In this document: piece by piece, positions 1 through 13,800 of the stretch
Layout of the letters: every line of letters begins with the position of its first letter
Numbering within the stretch: the first letter of the stretch is position 1
Source: the human T2T-CHM13v2.0 reference genome, Homo sapiens
DNA: 64,000 bases
Reading direction: 5' to 3' (one strand)
NCBI RefSeq assembly: GCF_009914755.1
Contig: NC_060936.1
Notes under the pieces: model-generated
Told to the model about the DNA's origin: nothing
Seen by the model: only the letters and a program-made list of their open reading frames with translations
The model's database searches: none
Position numbers and translations under genes: made by a program

Positions 1-280
1 AGAGTGTTTCCAAACTACTCTATGAAAAGAAAGCTTAAACTCCTTGAGTTGAACGCACACATCACAAAGTAGTTTCTGAGAATGATTCTGTCTAGTTTTT
101 ATACGAAGATGTTTCCTTTTCTACATTTGGTCTCAAAGCGATTGAAATCTCCAACTGGAAACTGCACAAATAGGGTGTTTCAAATCTGCTCTGTCTAAAG
201 GAAGGTTCAACTCTGTGAGTGGAATACACACACCACAAATAAGTTACTGAGAATTCTTCTGTCGAACATTACTTGAAGAA

Positions 281-297
281 TCCCGTTTCCAACGAAG
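281..297 (-). promoter_or_regulatory. CENP-B box (first of ~188 positions, one per dimer)
   Basis: TCCCGTTTCCAACGAAG is the reverse complement of CTTCGTTGGAAACGGGA, matching the established consensus YTTCGTTGGAARCGGGA. Confidence 0.98.
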
Positions 298-451
298 GCC
301 TCAAAGAGGTCCAAATATCCACTTGCAGACATTACAAACAGAGTGTTTCCAAACTGCTCCATCAAAAGAAAGGTTAAACTCTGTGAGCTGAACACACACA
401 TCAAAAAGAAGTTTCTGTGAATGATTCTGTCTAGATTTTATAAGAAGATGT

Positions 452-468
452 TTCCTTTTCTACCGTAG
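452..468 (-). promoter_or_regulatory. A-box / pJalpha-like motif in the alternate (non-CENP-B) monomer
   Basis: TTCCTTTTCTACCGTAG (reverse complement CTACGGTAGAAAAGGAA) lies exactly 171 bp from the CENP-B box at the homologous position, giving the A/B monomer alternation of SF1 arrays. Confidence 0.7.
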
Positions 469-2716
469 GACTCAAAGCGCTTGAAATCTCCAGCTGCAAA
501 TTCCACAAAAAGGGTTTTTAAAATCTGCTCTTCTAAAGGAAAGTTCAACTCTATGAGTTGAATACACACAGCACAAAGAGGTTACTGAGACTTCTCCTAT
601 CAAACATTATATGAAGAAATCCCGTTTCCAACGAAGGCCTCAAAGAGGTCCAAATATCTGCTTGCAGACTTTAAAGACAGAGTTTTTCCAAACTGCTCCA
701 TCAAAAGAAAGGTTAAACTCCTTGAGTTGAACACACACATCACAAAGTAGTTTCTGTGAATGATTCTGTCTAGTTTTTATACGAAGATGTTTCCTTTTCT
801 ACCTTTGGTCTCAAAGCGATTGAAATCTCCACATGGAAACTCCACAAAAAGAGTGTTTCAAATCTGCTCTTTCTGAAGGAAGGTTCAACTCTGTGAGTTG
901 AATACACACACCACAAATAAGTTACTGAGAATTCTTCTGTGTAAAATTATATGAGGAAATCCCGTTTCCAACGAAGGCCTCAAAGAGGTCCAAATATCCA
1001 CTTGCAGACTTTACAAAGACAGTGTCTCCAAACTCCTCCATCAAAAGAAAGGTTATACTCTGTGAATTGAACGCACACATCACAAAGTAGTTTCTGAGAA
1101 TGATTCTGTCTAGTTTTTATACGAAGATATTTCCTTTTCTACATTTGGCCTAAAAGCGCTTGAAATCTCCACCTGCAAATATCACAAAAAGAGGGTTTCA
1201 CATCTGCTCTGTCTAAAGGACAGTTCACCTCTGTGAGTTGAATAGAGGCAACACAAAGAACTTACTCAGTATTCTTCTTTCTAGCGTTCTATGAAGAAAT
1301 CCCGTTTCCAACGAAGGCCCCAATGAGGTCCAAATATCTGCTTGCAGACTTTACAGACAGAGTGTTTCCAAAGTACTCTATGAAAAGAAAGCTTAAACTC
1401 CTTGAGTTGAACGCACACATCACAAAGTAGTTTCTGAGAATGATTCTGTCTAGTTTTTATACGAAGATGTTTCCTTTTCTACATTTGGTCTCAAAGCGAT
1501 TGAAATCTCCAACTGGAAACTGCACAAATAGGGTGTTTCAAATCTGCTCTGTCTAAAGGAAGGTTCAACTCTGTGAGTGGAATACACACACCACAAATAA
1601 GTTACTGAGAATTCTTCTGTCGAACATTACTTGAAGAATCCCGTTTCCAACGAAGGCCTCAAAGAGGTCCAAATATCCACTTGCAGACATTACAAACAGA
1701 GTGTTTCCAAACTGCTCCATCAAAAGAAAGGTTAAACTCTGTGAGCTGAACACACACATCAAAAAGAAGTTTCTGTGAATGATTCTGTCTAGATTTTATA
1801 AGAAGATGTTTCCTTTTCTACCGTAGGACTCAAAGCGCTTGAAATCTCCAGCTGCAAATTCCACAAAAAGGGTTTTTAAAATCTGCTCTTCTAAAGGAAA
1901 GTTCAACTCTATGAGTTGAATACACACAGCACAAAGAGGTTACTGAGACTTCTCCTATCAAACATTATATGAAGAAATCCCGTTTCCAACGAAGGCCTCA
2001 AAGAGGTCCAAATATCTGCTTGCAGACTTTAAAGACAGAGTTTTTCCAAACTGCTCCATCAAAAGAAAGGTTAAACTCCTTGAGTTGAACACACACATCA
2101 CAAAGTAGTTTCTGTGAATGATTCTGTCTAGTTTTTATACGAAGATGTTTCCTTTTCTACCTTTGGTCTCAAAGCGATTGAAATCTCCACATGGAAACTC
2201 CACAAAAAGAGTGTTTCAAATCTGCTCTTTCTGAAGGAAGGTTCAACTCTGTGAGTTGAATACACACACCACAAATAAGTTACTGAGAATTCTTCTGTGT
2301 AAAATTATATGAGGAAATCCCGTTTCCAACGAAGGCCTCAAAGAGGTCCAAATATCCACTTGCAGACTTTACAAAGACAGTGTCTCCAAACTCCTCCATC
2401 AAAAGAAAGGTTATACTCTGTGAATTGAACGCACACATCACAAAGTAGTTTCTGAGAATGATTCTGTCTAGTTTTTATACGAAGATATTTCCTTTTCTAC
2501 ATTTGGCCTAAAAGCGCTTGAAATCTCCACCTGCAAATATCACAAAAAGAGGGTTTCACATCTGCTCTGTCTAAAGGACAGTTCACCTCTGTGAGTTGAA
2601 TAGAGGCAACACAAAGAACTTACTCAGTATTCTTCTTTCTAGCGTTCTATGAAGAAATCCCGTTTCCAACGAAGGCCCCAATGAGGTCCAAATATCTGCT
2701 TGCAGACTTTACAGAC

Positions 2717-4075
2717 AGAGTGTTTCCAAAGTACTCTATGAAAAGAAAGCTTAAACTCCTTGAGTTGAACGCACACATCACAAAGTAGTTTCTGAGAATG
2801 ATTCTGTCTAGTTTTTATACGAAGATGTTTCCTTTTCTACATTTGGTCTCAAAGCGATTGAAATCTCTAACTGGAAACTGCACAAATAGGGTGTTTCAAA
2901 TCTGCTCTGTCTAAAGGAAGGTTCAACTCTGTGAGTTGAATACACACACCACAAATAAGTTACTGAGAATTCTTCTGTCGAACATTACTTGAAGAAATCC
3001 CGTTTCCAACGAAGGCCTCAAAGAGGTCCAAATATCCACTTGCAGACATTACAAACAGAGTGTTTCCAAACTGCTCCATCAAAAGAAAGGTTAAACTCTG
3101 TGAGCTGAACACACACATCAAAAAGAAGTTTCTGTGAATGATTCTGTCTAGATTTTATAAGAAGATGTTTCCTTTTCTACCGTAGGCCTCAAAGCGCTTG
3201 AAATCTCCAGCTGCAAATTCCACAAAAAGGGTGTTTAACATCTGCTCTTCTAAAGGAAAGTTCAACTCTATGAGTTGAATACACACAGCACAAAGAAGTT
3301 ACTGAGACTTCTCCTATCAAACATTATATGAAGAAATCCCGTTTCCAACGAAGGCCTCAAAGAGGTCCAAATATCTGCTTGCAGACTTTACAGACAGAGT
3401 GTTTCCAAACTGCTCCATCAAAAGAAAGGTTAAACTCCTTGAGTTGAACACACACATCACAAAGTAGTTTCTGTGAATGATTCTGTCTAGTTTTTATACG
3501 AAGATGTTTCCTTTTCTACCTTTGGTCTCAAAGCGATTGAAATCTCCACATGGAAACTCCACAAAAAGAGTGTTTCAAATCTGCTCTTTCTGAAGGAAGG
3601 TTCAACTCTGTGAGTTGAATACACACACCACAAATAAGTTACTGAGAATTCTTCTGTGTAACATTATATGAGGAAATCCCGTTTCCAACGAAGGCCTCAA
3701 AGAGGTCCAAATATCCACTTGCAGACTTTACAAAGACAGTGTCTCCAAACTCCTCCATCAAAAGAAAGGTTATACTCTGTGAATTGAACGCACACATCAC
3801 AAAGTAGTTTCTGAGAATGCTTCTGTCTAGTTTTTATACGAAGTTATTTCCTTTTCTACATTTGGCCTAAAAGCGCTTGAAATCTCCACCTGCAAATATC
3901 ACAAAAAGAGGGTTTCACATCTACTCTGTCTAAAGGACAGTTCACCTCTGTGAGTTGAATAGAGGCAACACAAAGAACTTACTCAGTATTCTTCTTTCTA
4001 GCGTTCTATGAAGAAATCCCGTTTCCAACGAAGACCCCAATGAGGTCCAAATATCTGCTTGCAGACTTTACAGAC
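2717..4075 (-). repeat. Representative canonical 8-mer HOR (1359 bp; dimers A-B-C-D)
   Basis: Dimer tags: A 'ctatgaaaagaaagctt...aactggaaactgcacaaatagg'; B 'gagctgaac...accgtagg...ccagctgc'; C 'acctttgg...acatggaaactcc...tgtgtaac'; D 'aagacagtgtctcc...ggcctaaaagcg...atagaggcaac'. Unit starts at 1, 1359, 2717, 4076, 5435, 6793 and so on. Confidence 0.97.
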
Positions 4076-6792
4076 AGAGTGTTTCCAAACTACTCTATGA
4101 AAAGAAAGCTTAAACTCCTTGAGTTGAACGCACACATCACAAAGTAGTTTCTGAGAATGATTCTGTCTAGTTTTTATACGAAGATGTTTCCTTTTCTACA
4201 TTTGGTCTCAAAGCGATTGAAATCTCCAACTGGAAACTGCACAAATAGGATGTTTCAAATCTGCTCTGTCTAAAGGAAGGTTCAACTCTGTGAGTTGAAT
4301 ACACACACCACAAATAAGTTACTGAGAATTCTTCTGTCGAACATTACTTGAAGAAATCCCGTTTCCAACGAAGGCCTCAAAGAGGTCCAAATATCCACTT
4401 GCAGACATTACAAACAGAGTGTTTCCAAACTGCTCCATCAAAAGAAAGGTTAAACTCTGTGAGCTGAACACACACATCAAAAAGAAGTTTCTGTGAATGA
4501 TTCTGTCTAGATTTTATAAGAAGATGTTTCCTTTTCTACCGTAGGCCTCAAAGCGCTTGAAATCTCCAGCTGCAAATTCCACAAAAAGGGTGTTTAACAT
4601 CTGCTCTTCTAAAGGAAAGTTCAACTCTATGCGTTGAATACACACAGCACAAAGAAGTTACTGAGACTTCTCCTATCAAACATTATATGAAGAAATCCCG
4701 TTTCCAACGAAGGCCTCAAAGAGGTCCAAATATCTGCTTGCAGACTTTACAGACAGAGTGTTTCCAAACTGCTCCATCAAAAGAAAGGTTAAACTCCTTG
4801 AGTTGAACACACACATCACAAAGTAGTTTCTGTGAATGATTCTGTCTAGTTTTTATACGAAGATGTTTCCTTTTCTACCTTTGGTCACAAAGCGATTGAA
4901 ATCTCCACATGGAAACTCCACAAAAAGAGTGTTTCAAATCTGCTCTTTCTGAAGGAAGGTTCAACTCTGTGAGTTGAATACACACACCACAAATAAGTTA
5001 CTGAGAGTTCTTCTGTGTAACATTATATGAGAAAATCCCGTTTCCAACGAAGGCCTCAAAGAGGTCCAAATATCCACTTGCAGACTTTACAAAGACAGTG
5101 TCTCCAAACTCCTCCATCAAAAGAAAGGTTATACTCTGTGAATTGAACGCACACATCACAAAGTAGTTTCTGAGAATGATTCTGTCTAGTTTTTATACGA
5201 AGATATTTCCTTTTCTACATTTGGCCTAAAAGCGCTTGAAATCTCCACGTGCAAATATCACAAAAAGAGGGTTTCACACCTGCTCTGTTTAAAGGACAGT
5301 TCACCTCTGTGAGTTGAATAGAGGCAACACAAAGAACTTACTCAGTATTCTTCTTTCTAGCGTTCTATGAAGAAATCCCGTTTCCAACGAAGGCCTCAAA
5401 GAGGTCCAAATATCTGCTTGCAGACTTTACAGACAGAGTGTTTTCAAACTACTCTATGAAAAGAAAGCTTAAACTCCTTGAGTTGAACGCACACATCACA
5501 AAGTAGTTTCTGAGAATGATTCTGTCTAGTTTTTATACGAAGATGTTTCCTTTTCTACATTTGTCTCAAAGCGATTGAAATCTCCAACTGGAAACTGCAC
5601 AAATAGGGTGTTTCAAATCTGCTCTGTCTAAAGGGAGGTTCAACTCTGTGAGTTCAATACACACACCACAAATAAGTTACTGAGAATTCTTCTGTCGAAC
5701 ATTACATGAAGAAATCCCGTTTCCAACGAAGGCCTCAAAGAGGTCCAAATATCCACTTGCAGAGATTACAAACAGTGTGTTTCCAAACTGCTCCATCAAA
5801 AGAAAGGTTAAACTCTGTGAGCTGAACACACACATCAAAAAGAAGTTTCTGTGAATGATTCTGTCTAGATTTTATAAGAAGATGTTTCCTTTTCTACCGT
5901 AGGCCTCAAAGCGCTTGAAATCTCCAGCTGCAAATTCCACAAAAAGGGTGTTTAACATCTGCTCTTCTAAAGGAAAGTTCAACTCTATGAGTTGAATACA
6001 CACAGCAGAAAGAAGTTACTGAGACTTCTCCTATCAAACATTATATGAAGAAATGCCGTTTCCAACGAAGGCCTCAAAGAGGTCCAAATATCTGCTTGCA
6101 GACTTTACAGACAGAGTGTTTCCAAACTCCTCCATCAAAAGAAAGGTTAAACTCCTTGAGTTGAACACACACATCACAAAGTAGTTTCTGTGAATGATTC
6201 TGTCTAGTTTTTATACGAAGATGTTTCCTTTTCTACCTTTGGTCTCAAAGCGATTGAAATCTCCACATGGAAACTCCACAAAAAGAGTGTTTCAAATCTG
6301 CTCTTTCTGAAGGAAGGTTCAACTCTGTGAGTTGAATACACACACCACAAATAAGTTACTGAGAATTCTTCTGTGTAACATTATATGAGGAAATCCCATT
6401 TCCAACGAAGGCCTCAAAGAGGTCCCAATATCCACATGCAGACTTTACAAAGACAGTGTCTCCAAACTCCTCCATCAAAAGAAAGGTTATACTCTGTGAA
6501 TTGAACGCACACATCACAAAGTAGTTTCTGAGAATGATTCTGTCTAGTTTTTATACGAAGATATTTCCTTTTCTACATTTGGCCTAAAAGCGCTTGAAAT
6601 CTCCACCTGCAAATATCACAAAAAGAGGGTTTCACATCTGCTCTGTCTAAAGGACAGTTCAACTCTGTGAGTTGAATAGAGGCAACACAAAGAACTTACT
6701 CAGTATTCTTCTTTCTAGCCTTCTATGAAGAAATCCCGTTTCCAACGAAGACCCCAATGAGGTCCAAATATCTGCTTGCAGACTTTACAGAC

Positions 6793-7811
6793 AGAGTGTT
6801 TCCAAAATACTCTATGAAAAGAAAGCTTAAACTCCTTGAGTTGAACGCACACATCACAAAGTAGTTTCTGAGAATGATTCTGTCTAGTTTTTATACGAAG
6901 ATGTTTCCTTTTCTACATTTGGTCTCAAAGCGATTGAAATCTCCAACAGGAAACTGCACAAATAGGGTGTTTCAAATCTGCTCTGTCTAAAGGAAGGTTC
7001 AACTCTGTGAGTTGAATACACACACCACAAATAAGTTACTGAGAATTCTTCTGTCGAACATTACTTGAAGAAATCCCGTTTCCAACGAAGGCCTCAAAGA
7101 GGTCCAAATATCCACTTGCAGACATTACAAACAGAGTGTTTCCAAACTGCTCCATCAAAAGAAAGGTTAAACTCTGTGAGCTGAACACACACATCAAAAA
7201 GAAGTTTCTGTGAATGATTCTGTCTAGATTTTATAAGAAGATGCTTCCTTTTCTACCGTAGGCCTCAAAGCGCTTGAAATCTCCAGCTGCAAATTCCACA
7301 AAAAGGGTGTTTAACATCTGCTCTTCTAAAGGAAAGTTCAACTCTATGAGTTGAATACACACAGCACAAAGAAGTTACTGAGACTTCTCCTATCAAACAT
7401 TATATGAAGAAATCCCGTTTCCAACGAAGGCCTCAAAGAGGTCCAAATATCTGCTTGCAGACTTTACAAAGACAGTGTCTCCAAACTCCTCCATCAAAAG
7501 AAAGGTTATACTCTGTGAATTGAACGCACACATCACAAAGTAGTTTCTGAGAATGATTCTGTCTAGTTTTTATACGAAGATATTTCCTTTTCTACATTTG
7601 GCCTAAAAGCGCTTGAAATCTCCACCTGCAAATATCACAAAAAGGTTGTTTCACATCTGCTCTGTCTAAAGGACAGTTCACCTCTGTGAGTTGAATAGAG
7701 GCAACACAAAGAACTTCCTCAGTATTCTTCTTTCTAGCGTTCTATGAAGAAATCCCGTTTCTAACGAAGTCCCCAAAGAGGTCCAAATATCTGCTTGCAG
7801 ACTTTACAGAC
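6793..7811 (-). repeat. 6-mer HOR variant ABD (dimer C missing), 1019 bp
   Basis: The end of B joins directly to the start of D 'aagacagtgtctcc' at ~7469. Confidence 0.95.
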
Positions 7812-10800
7812 AGAGTGTTTCCAAACTAGTCTATGAAAAGAAAGCTTAAACTCCTTGAGTTGAACGCACACATCAGAAAGTAGTTTCTGAGAATTATTCT
7901 GTCTAGTTTTTATACGAAGATGTTTCCTTTTCTACATTTGGTCTCAAAGCGATTGAAATCTCCAACTGGAAACTGCACAAATAGGGTGTTTCAAAACTGC
8001 TCTGTCTAAAGGAAGGTTCAACTCTGTGAGTTGAATACACACACCACAAATAAGTTACTGAGAATTCTTCTGTCGAACATTACTTGAAGAAATCCCGTTT
8101 CCAACGAAGGCCTCAAAGAGGTCCAAATATCCACTTGCAGACATTACAAACAGAGTGTTTCCAAACAGCTCCATCAAAAGAAAGGTTAAACTCTGTGAGC
8201 TGAACACACACATCAAAAAGAAGTTTCTGTGAATGATTCTGTCTAGATTTCATAAGAAGATGTTTCCTTTTCTACCGTAGGCCTCAAAGCGCTTGAAATC
8301 TCCAGCTGCAAATTCCACAAAAAGGGTGTTTAACATCTGCTCTTCTAAAGGAAAGTTCAACTCTATGAGTTGAATACACACAGCACAAAGAAGTTACTGA
8401 GACTTCTCCTATCAAACATTATATGAAGAAATCCCGTTTCCAACGAAGGCCACAAAGAGGTCCAAATATCTGCTTGCAGACTTTACAGACAGAGTGTTTC
8501 CAAACTCCTCCATCAAAAGAAAGGTTAAACTCCTTGAGTTGAAGACACACATCACAAAGTAGTTTCTGTGAATGATTCTGTCTAGTTTTTATACGAAGAC
8601 GTTTCCTTTTCTACCTATCGTCTCAAAGCGATTGAAATCTCCACATGGAAACTCCACAAAAAGAGTGTTTCAAATCTGCTCTTTCTGAAGGAAGGTTCAA
8701 CTCTGTGATTTGAATACACACACCACAAATAAGTTACTGAGAATTCTTCTGTGTAACATTATATGAGGAAATCCCATTTCCAACGAAGGCCTCAAAGAGG
8801 TCCCAATATCCACATGCAGACTTTACAAAGACAGTGTCTCCAAACTCCTCCATCAAAAGAAAGGTTATACTCTGTGAATTGAACTCACACATCACAAAGT
8901 AGTTTCTGAGAAGGATTCTGTCTAGTTTTTATACGAAGATATTTCCTTTTCTACATTTGGCCTAAAAGCGCTTGAAATCTCCACCTGCAAATATCACAAA
9001 AAGAGGGTTTCACATCTGCTCTGTCTAAAGGACAGTTCAACTCTGTGAGTTGAATAGAGGCAACACAAAGAACTTACTCAGTATTCTTCTTTCTAGCGTT
9101 CTATGAAGAAATCCCGTTTCCAACGAAGACCCCAATGAGGTCCAAATATCTGCTTGCAGACTTTACAGACAGAGTGTTTCCAAAGTACTCTATGAAAAGA
9201 AAGCTTAAACTCCTTGAGTTGAACGCACACATCACAAAGTAGTTTCTGAGAATGATTCTGTCTAGTTTTTATACGAAGATGTTTCCTTTTCTACATTTGG
9301 TCTCAAAGCGATTGAAATCTCCAACAGGAAACTGCACAAATAGGGTGTTTCAAATCTGCTCTGTCTAAAGGAAGGTTCAACTCTGTGAGTTGAATACACA
9401 CACCACAAATAAGTTACTGAGAATTCTTCTGTCGAATATTACTTGAAGAAATCCCGTTTCCAACGAAGGCCTCAAAGAGGTCCAAATATCCACTTGCAGA
9501 CATTACAAACAGAGTGTTTCCAAACTGCTCCATCAAAAGAAAGGTTAAACTCTGTGAGCTGAACACACACATCAAAAAGAAGTTTCTGTGAATGATTCTG
9601 TGTAGATTTTATAAGAAGATGCTTCCTTTTCTACCGTAGGCCTCAAAGCGCTTGAAATCTCCAGCTGCAAATTCCACAAAAAGGGTGTTTAACATCTGCT
9701 CTTCTAAAGGAAAGTTCAACTCTATGCGTTGAATACACACAGCACAAAGAAGTTACTGAGACTTCTCCTATCAAACATTATATGAAGAAATCCCGTTTCC
9801 AACGAAGGCCTCAAAGAGGTCCAAATATCTGCTTGCAGACTTTACAGACAGAGTGTTTCCAAACTGCTCCATCAAAAGAAAGGTTAAACTCCTTGAGTTG
9901 AACACACACATCACAAAGTAGTTTCTGTGAATGATTCTGTCCAGTTTTTATACGAAGATGTTTCCTTTTCTACCTTTGGTCTCAAAGCGATTCAAATCTC
10001 CACATGGAAACTCCACAAAAAGAGTGTTTCAAATCTGCTCTTTCTGAAGGAAGGTTCAACTCTGTGATTTGAATACACACACCACAAATAAGTTACTGAG
10101 AATTCTTCTGTGTAACATTATATGAGGAAATCCCGTTTCCAACGAAGGCCTCAAAGAGGTCCAAATATCCACTTGCAGACTTTACAAAGACAGTGTCTCC
10201 AAACTCCTCCATCAAAAGAAAGGTTATACTCTGTGAATTGAACGCACACATCACAAAGTAGTTTCTGAGAATGATTCTGTCTAGTTTTTATACGAAGATA
10301 TTTCCTTTTCTACATTTGGCCTAAAAGCGCTTGAAATCTCCACCTGCAAATATCACAAAAAGAGGGTTTCACATCTGCTCTGTCTAAAGGACAGTTCACC
10401 TCTGTGAGTTGAATAGAGGCAACACAAAGAACTTACTCAGTATTCTTCTTTCTAGCGTTCTATGAAGAAATCCCGTTTCCAACGAAGGCCCCAAAGAGGT
10501 CCAAATATCTGCTTGCACACTTTACAGACAGAGTGTTTCCAAACTACTCTATGAAAAGAAAGCTTAAACTCCTTGAGTTGAACGCACACATCACAAAGTA
10601 GTTTCTGAGAATGATTCTGTCTAGTTTTTATACGAAGATGTTTCCTTTTCTACATTTGGTCTCAAAGCGATTGAAATCTCCAACTGGAAACTGCACAAAT
10701 AGGGTGTTTCAAATCTGCTCTGTCTAAAGGAAGGTTCAACTCTGTGAGTTGAATACACACACCACACATAAGTTACTGAGAATTCTTCTGTCGAACATTA

Positions 10801-13800
10801 CTTGAAGAAATCCCGTTTCCAACGAAGGCCTCAAAGAGGTCCAAATATCCACTTGCAGACATTACAAACAGAGTGTTTCCAAACTGCTCCATCAAAAGAA
10901 AGGTTAAACTCTGTGAGCTGAACACACACATCAAAAAGAAGTTTCTGTGAATGATTCTGTCTAGATTTTATAAGAAGATGTTTCCTTTTCTACCGTAGGC
11001 CTCAAAGCGCTTGAAATCTCCAGCTGCAAATTCCACAAAAAGGGTGTTTAACATCTGCTCTTCTAAAGGAAAGTTCAACTCTATGAGTTGAATACACACA
11101 GCACAAAGAAGTTACTGAGACTTCTCCTATCAAACATTATATGAAGAAATCCCGTTTCCAACGAAGGCCTCAAAGAGGTCCAAATATCTGCTTGCAGACT
11201 TTACAGACAGAGTGTTTCCAAACTGCTCCATCAAAAGAAAGGATAAACTCCTTGAGTTGAACACACACATCACAAAGTAGTTTCTGTGAATGATTCTGTC
11301 TAGTTTTTATACGAAGATGTTTCCTTTTCTACCTTTGGTCTCAAAGCGATTGAAATCTCCACATGGAAACTCCACAAAAAGAGTGTTTCAAATCTGCTCT
11401 TTCTGAAGGAAGGTTCAACTCTGTGAGTTGAATACACACACCACAAATAAGTTACTGAGAATTCTTCTGTGTAACATTATATGAGGAAATCCCGTTTCCA
11501 ACGAAGGCCTCAAAGAGGTCCAAATATCCACTTGCAGACTTTACAAAGACAGTGTCTCCAAACTCCTCCATCAAAAGAAAGGTTATACTCTGTGAATTGA
11601 ACGCACACATCACAAAGTAGTTTCTGAGAATGATTCTGTCTAGTTTTTATACGAAGATATTTCCTTTTCTACATTTGGCCTGAAAGCGCTTGAAATCTCC
11701 ACGTGCAAATATCACAAAAAGAGGGTTTCACATCTGCTCTGTCTAAAGGACAGTTCACCTCTGTGAGTTGAATAGAGGCAACACAAAGAACTTACTCAGT
11801 ATTCTTCTTTCTAGCGTTCTATGAAGAAATCCCGTTTCCAACGAAGGCCTCAAAGAGGTCCAAATATCTGCTTGCAGACTTTACAGACAGAGTGTTTCCA
11901 AACTACTCTATGAAAAGAAAGCTTAAACTCCTTGAGTTGAACGCACACATCACAAAGTAGTTTCTGAGAATGATTCTGTCTAGTTTTTATACGAAGATGT
12001 TTCCTTTTCTACATTTGGTCTCAAAGCGATTGAAATCTCCAACTGGAAACTGCACAAATAGGGTGTTTCAAATCTGCTCTGTCTAAAGGAAGGTTCAACT
12101 CTGTGAGTTGAATACACACACCACAAATAAGTTATTGAGAATTCTTCTGTCGAACATTACTTGAAGAAATCCCGTTTCCAACGAAGGCCTCCAAGAGGTC
12201 CAAATATCCACTTGCAGATATTACAAACAGAGTGTTTCCAAACGGCTCCATCAAAAGAAAGGTTAAACTCTGTGAGCTGAACACACACATCAAAAAGAAG
12301 TTTCTGTGAATGATTCTGTCTAGATTTTATAAGAAGATGTTTCCTTTTCTACCGTAGGACTCAAAGCGCTTGAAATCTCCAGCTGCAAATTCCACAAAAA
12401 GGGTGTTTAACATCTGCTCTTCTAAAGGAAAGTTCAACTCAATGAGTTGAATACACACAGCACAAAGAAGTTACTGAGACTTCTCCTATCAAACATTATA
12501 TGAAGAAATCCCGTTTCCAACGAAGGCCTCAAAGAGGTCAAAATATGTGCTTGCAGACTTTAAAGACAGAGTTTTTCCAAACTGCTCCATCAAAAGAAAG
12601 GTTAAACTCCTTGAGTTGAACACACACATCACAAAGTAGTTTCTGTGAATGATTCTGTCTAGTTTTTATACGAAGATGTTTCCTTTTCTACCTTTGGTCT
12701 CAAAGCGATTGAAATCTCCACATGGAAACTCCACAAAAAGAGTGTTTCAAATCTGCTCTTTCTGAAGGAAGGTTCAACTCTGTGAGTTGAATACACACAC
12801 CACAAATAAGTTACTGAGAATTCTTCTGTGTAAAATTATATGAGGAAATCCCGTTTCCAACGAAGGCCTCAAAGAGGTCCAAATATCCACTTGCAGACTT
12901 TACAAAGACAGTGTCTCCAAACTCCTCCATCAAAAGAAAGGTTATACTCTGTGAATTGAACGCACACATCACAAAGTAGTTTCTGAGAATGATTCTGTCT
13001 AGTTTTTATACGAAGATATTTCCTTTTCTACATTTGGCCTAAAAGCGCTTGAAATCTCCACCTGCAAATATCACAAAAAGAGGGTTTCACATCTGCTCTG
13101 TCTAAAGGACAGTTCACCTCTGTGAGTTGAATAGAGGCAACACAAAGAACTTAGTCAGTATTCTTCTTTCTAGCGTTCTATGAAGAAATCCCGTTTCCAA
13201 CGAAGGCCCCAATGAGGTCCAAATATCTGCTTGCAGACTTTACAGACAGAGTGTTTCCAAACTACTCTATGAAAAGAAAGCTTAAACTCCTTGAGTTGAA
13301 CGCACACATCACAAAGTAGTTTCTGAGAATGATTCTGTCTAGTTTTTATACGAAGATGTTTCCTTTTCTACATTTGGTCTCAAAGCGATTGAAATCTCCA
13401 ACTGGAAACTGCACAAATAGGGTGTTTCAAATCTGCTCTGTCTAAAGGAAGGTTCAACTCTGTGAGTTGAATACACACACCACAAATAAGTTACTGAGAA
13501 TTCTTCTGTCGAACATTACTTGAAGAAATCCCGTTTCCAACGAAGGCCTCAAAGAGGTCCAAATATCCACTTGCAGACATTACAAACAGAGTGTTTCCAA
13601 ACTGCTCCATCAAAAGAAAGGTTAAACTCTGTGAGCTGAACACACACATCAAAAAGAAGTTTCTGTGAATGATTCTGTCTGGATTTTATAAGAAGATGTT
13701 TCCTTTTCTACCGTAGGCCTCAAAGCGCTTGAAATCTCCAGCTGCAAATTCCACAAAAAGGGTGTTTAACATCTGCTCTTCTAAAGGAAAGTTCAACTCT

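Noticed and set aside
207-404. 65-aa minus-strand ORF
   Set aside because: Chance translation of alpha satellite, opened by a 1-bp deletion and a SNP. No gene context.
1373-1376. GTAC (RsaI) sites and frequent 6-mers as a hint of chr10 D10Z1
   Set aside because: GTAC is only a sporadic variant (1373, 2731, 9185, 34977, 37354), whereas HindIII and PvuII mark the canonical unit. Chr12 is favoured, pending alignment.
1565-1762. Identical 65-aa ORF
   Set aside because: The identity results from the tandem HOR duplication, not from coding conservation.
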